Origin: Candidatus Saganbacteria bacterium
GTDB lineage: Bacteria > Margulisbacteria > WOR-1 > JAKLHX01
Length of the DNA stretch: 32,000 bases
NCBI GenBank assembly: GCA_026387835.1
Contig: JAPLKZ010000013.1
Span: forward strand, 60,001 to 92,000
Direction of reading: 5' to 3'
A program made the position numbers and the translations under genes. Under the pieces are notes generated by a model. The model was given only the letters and a program-made list of their open reading frames with translations, had not been told where the DNA came from and did no database searches. Positions 14,908 to 23,247 of the stretch are shown here, piece by piece (position 1 is the stretch's first letter; the number at the start of each line of letters is the position of its first letter).

Positions 14908-15501
14908 ATGAACGCTACTAATCCAAGTCTATTAGCAAAGATCGTTCCATGTAGAGCCGCGGCGATATCAAGGGCGATGAATTTCGCGGCCCAGGGAAAA
15001 ATTCCAAATTTAGAACTGTCCGGGATAACAAGACTTAGACAAAGTGGATATCAATACCTTCATTTCACAAGTTTTTCACGTGTTGCTCAAGGAAATCCTC
15101 GTCCAGCTGTGTCGGTCTGCGCAAGAACTTTGGATCAAGGTAAAGACATCACTATTAATCAAATATCGTTCCAGCACGCATTGGCGGCCCTTGATGTTCT
15201 TGGGTTACTAGCATGGAGCCCGAGACGTGCTAAAGCCATTTCAGAAAGACTTTCTGCTTTTCCAGATCCTAATTATGTAATGTCACGAAGTGTCCCGAAT
15301 ATGTGGCTGGAAGATAATCATGATATCAAGATCATGCTTTTGGGCGGACAAGTTTCATTTAAGGCGACTTATCATCAGTGGGATTCAGGACATTATGATA
15401 AAAGATTTACACATACAAATCTTTTTAATGCAATAATAATAGCGGCCGGCCGGCAGCTCGTTCTAAATCTAGATAAGAACGAACTTTTCACTCCGGCGTA
15501 G
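14908..15501 (+). CDS. Hypothetical protein, no recognisable domain
   Basis: A 197-aa ORF with an AGGGAG SD 8-9 nt upstream. The region looks more AT-rich by eye. No motifs recognised. Confidence 0.6.
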   Translation: MNATNPSLLAKIVPCRAAAISRAMNFAAQGKIPNLELSGITRLRQSGYQYLHFTSFSRVAQGNPRPAVSVCARTLDQGKDITINQISFQHALAALDVLGLLAWSPRRAKAISERLSAFPDPNYVMSRSVPNMWLEDNHDIKIMLLGGQVSFKATYHQWDSGHYDKRFTHTNLFNAIIIAAGRQLVLNLDKNELFTPA

Positions 15502-15590
15502 CTACTCGCAGTTCTTTTCAACAGATTCTTTTTGGAGCGGTATAGCTGCTATTTGGACACAGGACTTATGCTTAATTACCACAGATAGCG

Positions 15591-15599
15591 TGTTATAAT
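15591..15599 (+). promoter_or_regulatory. Extended -10 element TGtTATAAT, 6 nt upstream of the ruvC ATG
   Basis: TGtTATAAT-ctctcc-ATG(15606), with no SD. Confidence 0.5.
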
Positions 15600-15605
15600 C
15601 TCTCC

Positions 15606-16091
15606 ATGCGGACACTCGGAATAGACCCGGGAACGGCCACGACGGGATTCGGGGTCATCGATGAGAACGATAATAAACTTTCACTGGTAGATTATGGCTG
15701 TATAAAAACATCCCCTAAAAACACAGCTTCTGACAGGCTGAAATCAATTTCCTCCGAGTTAAAAAAGATCATCGATAAATTTAAACCCGAAAATGTGGCT
15801 GTGGAGCAGTTGTTCTTCGCGGCTAATTCCAAAACCGCGATAAAAGTAGGAGAGGCGAGGGGGGTCATTTTGCTGACTGCGGCTCAAGCCGGCGTGAAAA
15901 TATCGGAGTATACGCCGCTTCAAGTCAAACAAGCCCTAACAGGGTACGGAAGGGCTGACAAAAAACAGATACAATATATGGTCAAAAATTTGCTAAAATG
16001 CAAGGAAATACCGAAGCCGGACGATGCGGCGGATGCTCTGGCAATAGCGATCTGCCACATTAATTCCAGAAAGCTGAAGGAGCTGAGATGA
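15606..16091 (+). CDS. ruvC: Holliday junction resolvase RuvC
   Basis: LGIDPGTATTGFGVI, VEQLFF and DAADALAIAICH catalytic-acid motifs; 161 aa. Confidence 0.92.
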   Translation: MRTLGIDPGTATTGFGVIDENDNKLSLVDYGCIKTSPKNTASDRLKSISSELKKIIDKFKPENVAVEQLFFAANSKTAIKVGEARGVILLTAAQAGVKISEYTPLQVKQALTGYGRADKKQIQYMVKNLLKCKEIPKPDDAADALAIAICHINSRKLKELR

Positions 16092-16690
16092 TAGGACATA
16101 TCGAGGGGATATTTGAAGGAGCTGAGAACGATAAGATCACTGTCGATGTCAACGGTATCGGTTATGAAATAACCGTCACAAATTCTGTGCTCCGTAAGCT
16201 CCCGAAGAAAGGCGAAAAGATAAAAGTCATTACATATCTTAACGTCAGAGAAGACCTGATGCAGCTTTTCGGATTCTCTTCCAAGGAGGAAAAAGGCCTG
16301 TTCGGCCATCTGCTTTCCGTATCCGGCATAGGGCCGAAGGGGGCGATGAACATGGTTTCTTCTTTCGACATCAACAGGCTCGTCGTCGCAATAACAAAAG
16401 GCGATGTCGGGCTTCTTACCTCCGCGCAGGGGGTTGGCAAGAAAACGGCCGAAAGGGTCATTGTCGAATTAAGGGAAAAGCTCGGAAAGATCTATATGCT
16501 TGAGACCGAGAGCGGTTCGTCCACGCAGGCCCTTGAAAACCCGGTCATAAAAGATGCCGCGTCAGCGCTGATGGTTCTGGGCTATTCCGCGAAAGAAGCA
16601 AAGCAGGCGATAATGGAAAGCGGAGCCGACCTTTCGGGGAACATGCAGATCGAAGAGATAATCAAGCGGTCGCTCAAGGCCTTGGCCTGA
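16088..16690 (+). CDS. ruvA: Holliday junction DNA helicase subunit RuvA
   Basis: MIGHIEG N-terminus and HhH motifs (VSGIGPKGA, GVGKKTAERVIVEL). It overlaps the ruvC stop by 4 nt. Confidence 0.9.
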   Translation: MIGHIEGIFEGAENDKITVDVNGIGYEITVTNSVLRKLPKKGEKIKVITYLNVREDLMQLFGFSSKEEKGLFGHLLSVSGIGPKGAMNMVSSFDINRLVVAITKGDVGLLTSAQGVGKKTAERVIVELREKLGKIYMLETESGSSTQALENPVIKDAASALMVLGYSAKEAKQAIMESGADLSGNMQIEEIIKRSLKALA

Positions 16691-17210
16691 GCTTAAGAAG
16701 TCTTATCAAAAAATTATCCAGCAGCCTCATCGGCATCCTGAACAATGAAGTCTCTTCGGAAAGAGGGTTTACCAGTATCGTATACATCCCGAGGATATTG
16801 CCTCCCAGCATGTCGGTGATCAACTGGTCGCCGATCACGGCTGTATCGCCGGCTGACACATCCAGCACCTTCATAGCGTTATAGAACGCGAAAGGAAGTG
16901 GCTTAAATGACAGGGCGTTGCCATCGATCTGCAGGGTCTTTATTATGTATTTCACCCTGGGCAGCCTGCTCCCGTTCGAAGCAAGATATATTTTGAAACC
17001 TTTTTCTTTTGCCTTTTCCACCCAGGCGTATATTGTCATAGGGACACTGTAATCCCTGCGCGGGATCAGCGTGTCGTCAAGATCGATTATCAAAGCCCTT
17101 ATGCCGCGCCTGTAAAGCCGGTCAAGGTCGATCCTGTATACCGAATCCACGTATTCTTTGGGACGGAAATAATCCGCCAGCCCCTTTTTTTCTTCCATTT
17201 CAGTTCTCAA
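16674..17210 (-). CDS. YqeG-family HAD-IIIA phosphatase
   Basis: HAD motif I LIIDLDDTL, SNGS, FKP and VIGDQLITDMLGGN, typical of the YqeG subfamily. Confidence 0.78.
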   Translation of the reverse strand: MRTEMEEKKGLADYFRPKEYVDSVYRIDLDRLYRRGIRALIIDLDDTLIPRRDYSVPMTIYAWVEKAKEKGFKIYLASNGSRLPRVKYIIKTLQIDGNALSFKPLPFAFYNAMKVLDVSAGDTAVIGDQLITDMLGGNILGMYTILVNPLSEETSLFRMPMRLLDNFLIRLLKLRPRP

Positions 17211-17979
17211 GTCCCGGTATTTTCTTTATATAGAACAGATTAACAGTCAGGGAAAGTTCTTGCAAGTATTTGTTCAGGGACCTGAGGCGTTTTGTGATCT
17301 CTTTAGCCTCTGCCGTCGGCAGTGAGTCGATAGCATCGAGAGAAGAATCGACCTTCCCGTCCCTGAGAAAGAAAAAGTTCGCTTCCCCGGCTGAGCCGAA
17401 CAGGTCAAACAGCAGTCTTTTTGACGAAACAGCTTCGGCTGTCGGCATGTCCGGTTTTGGGAGGAGTTTATATCCTATCAAGAACATGTGGTATTTTCCG
17501 GAAGACAGATAATCCTCCCACTTCTCGCCTTCGCTGTACTTTATCTGCTTGAGTTCGATCCTGACCCCGATCTTTTTAAGGTCGTTTTGAATGGAGTTTG
17601 CTATCTCTATTGTCTTTACCCCGTCGGTGTGGGCAAGCATAAGACCGGAAAGCCTTTTGTCTTTCTTTAAGTATCCCGCTTTTTTGAGCAGTGATGCCGA
17701 TGCATTGAGGTTAAGAGGATATCCTTTTAAGACACCGTCATATCCGTCCATGCCTTTCGGGATCACGCCGGTCGGAACGTTGTCGTCCCTGATGATCTCT
17801 TTGCAAATATATTTACGGTCGACGGCGTATTGGAAAGCCTTCCTGACGGAGCTGCCATTCCTGTCGCCGAAAACATCTTTGTTCGTGTTAAATCCCAAGA
17901 ACCAGACACCGTCATAGCCGGCAGCCAGGCAGCTGGAGCACATCAAGACAAATGTTAATGCTGTTAATATCTTTCTCAT
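17200..17979 (-). CDS. Short family-5 (Opp/Dpp-like) solute-binding-protein homologue with signal-peptide-like N-terminus
   Basis: VRKAFQYAVDR, LLKKAGY and IGVRIEL patterns match the central and C-terminal SBP_bac_5 region. It is only 259 aa, with a hydrophobic, Cys-containing N-terminus MRKILTALTFVLMCSSCLAAG. Confidence 0.6.
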   Translation of the reverse strand: MRKILTALTFVLMCSSCLAAGYDGVWFLGFNTNKDVFGDRNGSSVRKAFQYAVDRKYICKEIIRDDNVPTGVIPKGMDGYDGVLKGYPLNLNASASLLKKAGYLKKDKRLSGLMLAHTDGVKTIEIANSIQNDLKKIGVRIELKQIKYSEGEKWEDYLSSGKYHMFLIGYKLLPKPDMPTAEAVSSKRLLFDLFGSAGEANFFFLRDGKVDSSLDAIDSLPTAEAKEITKRLRSLNKYLQELSLTVNLFYIKKIPGLEN

Positions 17980-17986
17980 CGGTAAA

Positions 17987-17995
17987 ATATTAACA
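17987..17995 (-). promoter_or_regulatory. Extended -10-like element TGtTAATAT, 7 nt upstream of the ATG
   Basis: The minus strand reads TGtTAATAT-tttaccg-ATG(17979), with no SD. Confidence 0.4.
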
Positions 17996-18119
17996 TATTA
18001 TTGGAACAACTTTTGCCCGGTCCTTGCGGACCTCGGTAGAATCTCAAAAAAGGCCGGACGGGCGGCCAAGGTAAAAATAATGATAGAATAATATGGATTT
18101 GAAAGTAAGGGGAAATAAA

Positions 18120-19214
18120 ATGAAGAACACCCGTTTTATTACAGTCATGACGATCTGCGGTCTCGCTTTTTTCAGCGCTGCGGCGTTTTCTCTTGAGAGC
18201 GCTGACGGGCTTATGGCCCTCAAGAGGATAGAATATAAACCACAGCAGTTAAAACAAGTGAGTTACGCGAAAGCAGCCGACAGCAGCGTAAAAATTGACG
18301 GTGAGATCTTTTTCTATTTCCAGAAATATCTGACACAGACGAGCACCGTTTCATATAATAAATTTGATATCTCCCGCGCGTACATCAATTTCAAAAAAGA
18401 CCTTTCAGAAGGTGCGGCAGTCAGACTGACACTGGATGCCAGCCGGCTGAACCAGGCGACGGACCCGCAGTCTAAAGGCCAATCCCTGCTCGATTTTCTT
18501 AAATATGCTTACTTTGATCTCCCTCTGCTCAATAACCAGAACCTGACAATATCGACAAAGATGGGTCTTCAGCAGACCGCGTGGATACAGTGGGTGGAAA
18601 AAGCGTGGAACAACAGATACATCGCGAAAGTATTTACCGACGACGAGGAACTCATGCCTTCTGCCGATTTCGGAATAGGATTTCAGGGTGTGTTAAAGGC
18701 GGTCAATACTGAATACTGCATGACACTGACAAACGGTTCCGGCTACAAGGATCAGGAGACAACTGCCGGCAAAGATGTGTCCCTGAGGCTTAATAAAGAT
18801 GTGTTCTCAGACCAGCAGAGAGGCAGCGTTTCGCTCGGAGGCTACGTCGTGCTGTCCGACAGGTTCTCTGCCTACTCGGATGAGATCAGGTATGGCGGCC
18901 TGCTCGGGTACAGGAGCGCTTCCAAGACAAATATCTACGCGGAATATGCCGGCGGTAAAAAGAGCGGGAAAGACATCTCGGGATGTTCCGTAGCGGGCTC
19001 CGTTTATTTTGTTCCCGAAGTCTCACTGATCGGCAGGTATGATTATTTCAAGCCTGATATCTCCGCGGCAAACAACGAGGTCCAAAAGACGATAGCAGGC
19101 CTCTCTTTTGAACTGATCAAAGAGATCAGGCTCGCCATTGACGTCCAGTCAACACAAACAGGAGCTTCAGCTCCTGAAAGGGCGATATATCTTAACAGCG
19201 AGATCAAATATTAG
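18120..19214 (+). CDS. Putative outer-membrane beta-barrel (porin-like) protein
   Basis: Signal peptide MKNTRFITVMTICGLAFFSAAAFS, alternating-hydrophobic strands, and a C-terminus ending ..IYLNSEIKY. AAGGGGA SD upstream of ATG 18120; the ORF track starts at 18093. Confidence 0.6.
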   Translation: MKNTRFITVMTICGLAFFSAAAFSLESADGLMALKRIEYKPQQLKQVSYAKAADSSVKIDGEIFFYFQKYLTQTSTVSYNKFDISRAYINFKKDLSEGAAVRLTLDASRLNQATDPQSKGQSLLDFLKYAYFDLPLLNNQNLTISTKMGLQQTAWIQWVEKAWNNRYIAKVFTDDEELMPSADFGIGFQGVLKAVNTEYCMTLTNGSGYKDQETTAGKDVSLRLNKDVFSDQQRGSVSLGGYVVLSDRFSAYSDEIRYGGLLGYRSASKTNIYAEYAGGKKSGKDISGCSVAGSVYFVPEVSLIGRYDYFKPDISAANNEVQKTIAGLSFELIKEIRLAIDVQSTQTGASAPERAIYLNSEIKY

Positions 19215-19219
19215 GTAAC

Positions 19220-20053
19220 TCAGGTGAGAGAGTCTGATAGTCTCGCGAATTCCGCGATAGACAGCGTCTCGCCCCTTCTTTTGCCGTCGATGCCGGCTTG
19301 AGAGAGAGCCCTGTCGACTTTCTGAGGTTCAAATTTAGTAAGCAGACAATTTCTCAGTGTCTTTCGTCTTTGTGAAAATGAGGTCCTGACCACTTCAAAG
19401 AACGATCTCTCATCCTTTACATCAACAAAAGGTTTTTCTCTGATAGTTAAAAGTATTATCGCCGACCCTACTTCCGGTTGCGGCAGGAAAGAGGACTTTG
19501 GGATATACGAAACGATCTTCGGCTCGGTATGATAATTCACAAAAACGGTGAAACTTCCGTATTCCTTTGTCCCGGGTTTAGCCGTCATCCTTTGCGCAAA
19601 TTCTCTTTGGACGGTCAGTATCGCGAGCGAGATCTGTTCTTTGTTCTCAAGTATTTTCTCGATCACGGGAGTTGTGATGTAATAAGGGACGTTGGCGACG
19701 ATTTTAGTATTGGAAAAGGAAGACAGCAATGTTCCAAGGTCAGCTTTTAAGAAATCATCATTAATCAACTCCACATTTTCATGACCGGCAAGATATTCTT
19801 TCGCGGCTTCAATAATAGTTCTGTCAATTTCGAAGGTAATCACTTTCTTTGCGGTTTTTGCCAGCTCTTTTGTCAGAATGCCGGTGCCTGTTCCGATCTC
19901 GATCACCGTGTCAGACGATCGGATGTCGCCCGCTTTTACTATCCTGTCCAGAGCGGCTTTATCGACAAGAAGGTTCTGGCCAAGCGAACGTTTTAAACGG
20001 ATGTCGTATTTATTAAGGAGATGCTTAGTTTGTCCGGAAAAAGATTGTTCCAT
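19220..20053 (-). CDS. rsmA: 16S rRNA (adenine1518/1519-N6)-dimethyltransferase
   Basis: SLGQNLLVD, VIEIGTGTGILT and VANVPYYITTPV motifs, with the conserved pdxA-ksgA adjacency. Confidence 0.92.
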   Translation of the reverse strand: MEQSFSGQTKHLLNKYDIRLKRSLGQNLLVDKAALDRIVKAGDIRSSDTVIEIGTGTGILTKELAKTAKKVITFEIDRTIIEAAKEYLAGHENVELINDDFLKADLGTLLSSFSNTKIVANVPYYITTPVIEKILENKEQISLAILTVQREFAQRMTAKPGTKEYGSFTVFVNYHTEPKIVSYIPKSSFLPQPEVGSAIILLTIREKPFVDVKDERSFFEVVRTSFSQRRKTLRNCLLTKFEPQKVDRALSQAGIDGKRRGETLSIAEFARLSDSLT

Positions 20054-20090
20054 GCATTTTGAATTTCGCGCTTCGAATTTCGAATTTTTA
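20054..20090 (-). repeat. Heptamer repeat copy filling the pdxA-rsmA intergenic spacer
   Basis: The minus strand reads taaaaattc gaaattc gaagcgc gaaattc aaaatgc ATG. It runs from the pdxA stop codon to the rsmA start codon. Confidence 0.65.
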
Positions 20091-21116
20091 CTCTTTCTTC
20101 TTCAACACCATCATTGTAGCGACTTTTATGGCCTGGACCATGCTCCCTGGATTTGCCCAGCCTTTGCCGGCGATGTCAAAACCGGTCCCGTGGTCCACGG
20201 AGGTCCTTATTATCGGAAGTCCTATGGTGACATTGACAGATCTGTTGAATGACAGGAGCTTTAAAGGTATCAGTCCCTGATCATGGTACATTGCAACAAC
20301 TATATCGAACATTCCTATGTTTGCGAGATAAAATATAGCATCTGCGGATATCGGACCTTTTACGTCTATGCCAAGCTTCTTTGCTTCTTCCACCGCGGGC
20401 CGTATTATCTTTTCTTCTTCCTGGCCGAATATCCCGCCTTCACCTGCATGAGGGTTGAGTCCGGCAACTCCTATCTTGGGTGATTTACCCAGCAGCCTGT
20501 GAAGCTCTTTATCGACAAGCTTAATGAGGTTCAGTATCTTTTTCTTGTCCAGCTCTTTCGGGACCTGGGACAGGGGAATGTGCGTCGTCACAAGCGCGAC
20601 CCGGATGGAATCCGAAAGGAACATCATGGCATAATTTGTCGTGCCGGTCTTTTTTGCCAGGAGTTCGGTGTGCCCGTCGAATTTATAGCCCGCTTTGTGC
20701 ACTGCTTCTTTATTTATCGGGGCTGTCGCTATAGCGTGGACTTTTCCTTCAAGCGCAAGATCGACGGCTCTTTCCACATATTTTATAGCCGCTCTGCCGG
20801 CTTCCGCGGAGATCTTCCCGATCTTAAGCTTTGAGACCTCCACGTTGTCCATGTCGAGGATATTGATCATTCCGGCCTGGAAGTTCCCGTTGTCTATCCT
20901 TTTTATCTCGTTAAGCACGAGAGGTGATACCTTTGCAACTTTCATCGCGTTCTTCATCACCGACGCGTCCCCGATGACGACAGGCCTGCAGAGCCTGTTT
21001 ATCTCTGCCGTCGAAAGGGCTTTGATGATTATCTCAGGGCCTATGCCCGCGGGGTCTCCCATCGTGACCGCGATTATCGGCCGTTTGTCCAGATCGGCTT
21101 TGTTCTTATTTGTCAT
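20088..21116 (-). CDS. pdxA: 4-hydroxythreonine-4-phosphate dehydrogenase
   Basis: GDPAGIGPEI, GHTELLA, NPHAGEGG and VDHGTGFDIAGKG motifs. Confidence 0.92.
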   Translation of the reverse strand: MTNKNKADLDKRPIIAVTMGDPAGIGPEIIIKALSTAEINRLCRPVVIGDASVMKNAMKVAKVSPLVLNEIKRIDNGNFQAGMINILDMDNVEVSKLKIGKISAEAGRAAIKYVERAVDLALEGKVHAIATAPINKEAVHKAGYKFDGHTELLAKKTGTTNYAMMFLSDSIRVALVTTHIPLSQVPKELDKKKILNLIKLVDKELHRLLGKSPKIGVAGLNPHAGEGGIFGQEEEKIIRPAVEEAKKLGIDVKGPISADAIFYLANIGMFDIVVAMYHDQGLIPLKLLSFNRSVNVTIGLPIIRTSVDHGTGFDIAGKGWANPGSMVQAIKVATMMVLKKKE

Positions 21117-22281
21117 ATTTTATACCTGCCTTTTCCATTCTGTTTATTGCTTCGGTGATCCGTTCTTTTGTGTCGATAAGAGCGATCCTGACATAACCTT
21201 CTCCGAGATCGCCAAAACCTATCCCCGGAGACACCACCACACCGGCTTTTTTAAGAAGTTCCATAAAAAAACTTGTGGAATTATAACCTTTAGGCACTTC
21301 GATCCATACATACATAGAGCCCTTCGGGCTTTCGATCTTCCAGCCGAGTTTCTGAAGCCCTGCTATCAGGACATCTCTTCTTTCCTGGTATTTCTGTCTT
21401 GTCTCGTCAAGATAGGATTTTGGAAGCTGCATCGCGGCAATACCGGCTTTTTGGGTCGCGGCAAAAAGACCGTAATCAAGATTGGTCTTCATCTTCCGCA
21501 GACTCGCAATAAGTTCGCGATTGCCAACGACAAACCCGATCCTCCAGCCCGCCATGCTGAAAGTCTTTGAAAGAGTGTGGAACTCTATGGCGATGTCTTT
21601 TGCCCCGTGGACCTCAAGCAGACTATGCGGTTTGTTCCCGTTAAAATATATTTCGGCATACGCGAAGTCGTGGATCAAAATGATGCTGTGTTTTTTACAG
21701 AAAGCGACCGCTTTTTCAAAGAACTCAAGCGGAGCCACGGCGCCGGTCGGGTTTGTGGGATAACTCAGGAACATCATCCTTGCTTTGTTCGCGATGGCTT
21801 CGTCTATTACGGTCAGGTCCGGGACATAACCCGTCTTTTCGCTTGTCGGCATCACTATAAGTGTTCCGCCGGCAAGGAGCGTCCCCCTGAAATGCGCCGG
21901 ATATGCCGGAAGAGGGACCAGTGTCGTATCGCCCTGTTCTATGAACGCGAAAGCAAGATGGACTAAACCTTCCTTTGAACCGATGAGAGGTATTATTTCC
22001 TTGTCAGCATCGATATCGATCTTGTATTGTTCGCGGCACCACTTTACAGACGCATGCCTGAACTCAGGAAGGCCGTCAAAACTTGGATACCTGTGATTTA
22101 TTGGTTCATCGAGAGCATTTTTCATTGCCTCAACGACAGCCGGAGGTGTGGGGAAGTCCGGGCTTGCCATGCTGAGGTCTATGAGGTCTTTTCCCTTAGC
22201 GCGCTCTTCCTGTTTCAATTTATCGGTCGTGTCGAACACGTAAGTGGGGAGATCCCTTAATCTTTTTGCTTCTTCAAACAT
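21106..22281 (-). CDS. Class I/II PLP-dependent aminotransferase (LL-diaminopimelate/aspartate aminotransferase-like)
   Basis: LSYPTNPTG and the PLP-lysine motif LSKTFSMAGWRIGF. The start is set at ATG 22281 (MFEEAKRL), overlapping the lipA stop by 8 nt; the ORF track extends to 22314. Confidence 0.85.
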   Translation of the reverse strand: MFEEAKRLRDLPTYVFDTTDKLKQEERAKGKDLIDLSMASPDFPTPPAVVEAMKNALDEPINHRYPSFDGLPEFRHASVKWCREQYKIDIDADKEIIPLIGSKEGLVHLAFAFIEQGDTTLVPLPAYPAHFRGTLLAGGTLIVMPTSEKTGYVPDLTVIDEAIANKARMMFLSYPTNPTGAVAPLEFFEKAVAFCKKHSIILIHDFAYAEIYFNGNKPHSLLEVHGAKDIAIEFHTLSKTFSMAGWRIGFVVGNRELIASLRKMKTNLDYGLFAATQKAGIAAMQLPKSYLDETRQKYQERRDVLIAGLQKLGWKIESPKGSMYVWIEVPKGYNSTSFFMELLKKAGVVVSPGIGFGDLGEGYVRIALIDTKERITEAINRMEKAGIKYDK

Positions 22282-23119
22282 GTGCTTCGCTCGCTTTGTA
22301 TGAACTTCTGACAAAAGGTCCGGAAAAAACTTTTTTGAAACCCATGCGTTCCCCTATATCTTTATAATCATCGAAATCAGATGGTTTTATATATTCCAAG
22401 ACTTCGACCTGTTCTTTTGAAGGCTGAAGGTACTGACCTATGGTCAAAATATCACAATCAACTTCGCGCAAATCTTCCATCAGCGCGATAACTTCTTCCT
22501 TCGTTTCTCCTAATCCTAACATAATCCCGCTCTTTGTGTAAAGCGAGGGATCCCTGTCTTTTACAGCCCTCAGGAGTGAAAGCGACCTTCCGTAATCCGC
22601 CTGGGATCTTACAGCAGGGTAAAGTCTTTTAACAGTTTCGAGGTTATGGTTGATGATATTTGGCTTAATATCGATGATCTTGCCGATGCACCCTTCATTT
22701 CCTTTAAAATCAGGGACCAATACTTCTATTTTGGTCCCGGGGAGCAGGCTTCTGATCTCACGGATAGTTCTGACAAATTGATCCGCTCCTCCGTCTTCAA
22801 GATCGTCACGGGTGACAGAAGTTATTACTACATATTTTAGTCCGAGCCTTTTTGCCGCATCAGCAACCTTTTTAGGTTCATCTTCATCGGGCGGTGAAGC
22901 ATGCCCGTGACTGACCGCGCAAAATCCGCAATTCCTTGTGCAGATATTTCCAAGGATCATAAAAGTGACCGTTCTGTTCAGATAACATTCCCCGATGTTC
23001 GGACACTTCGCGCTTTCACATACCGTATGTACGGAGTCATCGTCCAGAAGACTGTGGATCTCTCTGATGTTCTGTGATTTTGGAGTACGTTTAATGAGCC
23101 ACTGCGGCAAGGTTTCCAT
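22274..23119 (-). CDS. lipA: Lipoyl synthase
   Basis: Auxiliary cluster CESAKCPNIGEC and radical-SAM cluster CTRNCGFCAV. Confidence 0.93.
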   Translation of the reverse strand: METLPQWLIKRTPKSQNIREIHSLLDDDSVHTVCESAKCPNIGECYLNRTVTFMILGNICTRNCGFCAVSHGHASPPDEDEPKKVADAAKRLGLKYVVITSVTRDDLEDGGADQFVRTIREIRSLLPGTKIEVLVPDFKGNEGCIGKIIDIKPNIINHNLETVKRLYPAVRSQADYGRSLSLLRAVKDRDPSLYTKSGIMLGLGETKEEVIALMEDLREVDCDILTIGQYLQPSKEQVEVLEYIKPSDFDDYKDIGERMGFKKVFSGPFVRSSYKASEAHV

Positions 23120-23125
23120 ACTGAT

Positions 23126-23131
23126 ATTATA
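23126..23131 (-). promoter_or_regulatory. -10 hexamer TATAAT, 6 nt upstream of the lipA ATG
   Basis: The minus strand reads TATAAT-atcagt-ATG(23119), with no SD. Confidence 0.45.
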
Positions 23132-23247
23132 CCCAAAATGGATGCAAGTTTTGTTATATGCCTGCCGATATATTATAAAGTCGTTTGATATTAATTAATA
23201 CCGAAAGTTTGCCTGTTGGGTTCGGCATTATTATTTATGGAGGGTAT

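Noticed and set aside
14604-15605. Search for a DGR template repeat (a near-copy of 14478-14600) and a reverse transcriptase downstream of the FGE gene
   Set aside because: I found no segment resembling the VR DNA and no ORF with RT motifs (YxDD) here or elsewhere in the window. I therefore call only a possible remnant or orphan target, not a DGR.
20695-21570. Long antisense ORFs, e.g. 291 aa at 20695-21570 (+), 220 aa at 9884-10546 (-), 229 aa at 10449-11138 (-), 199 aa at 11883-12482 (-), 189 aa at 4581-5150 (+) and 178 aa at 3002-3538 (-)
   Set aside because: Each lies fully opposite a CDS with strong family motifs. Each has low-complexity, Ser/Phe/Leu/Arg-rich composition and no start context, so they are shadow ORFs.
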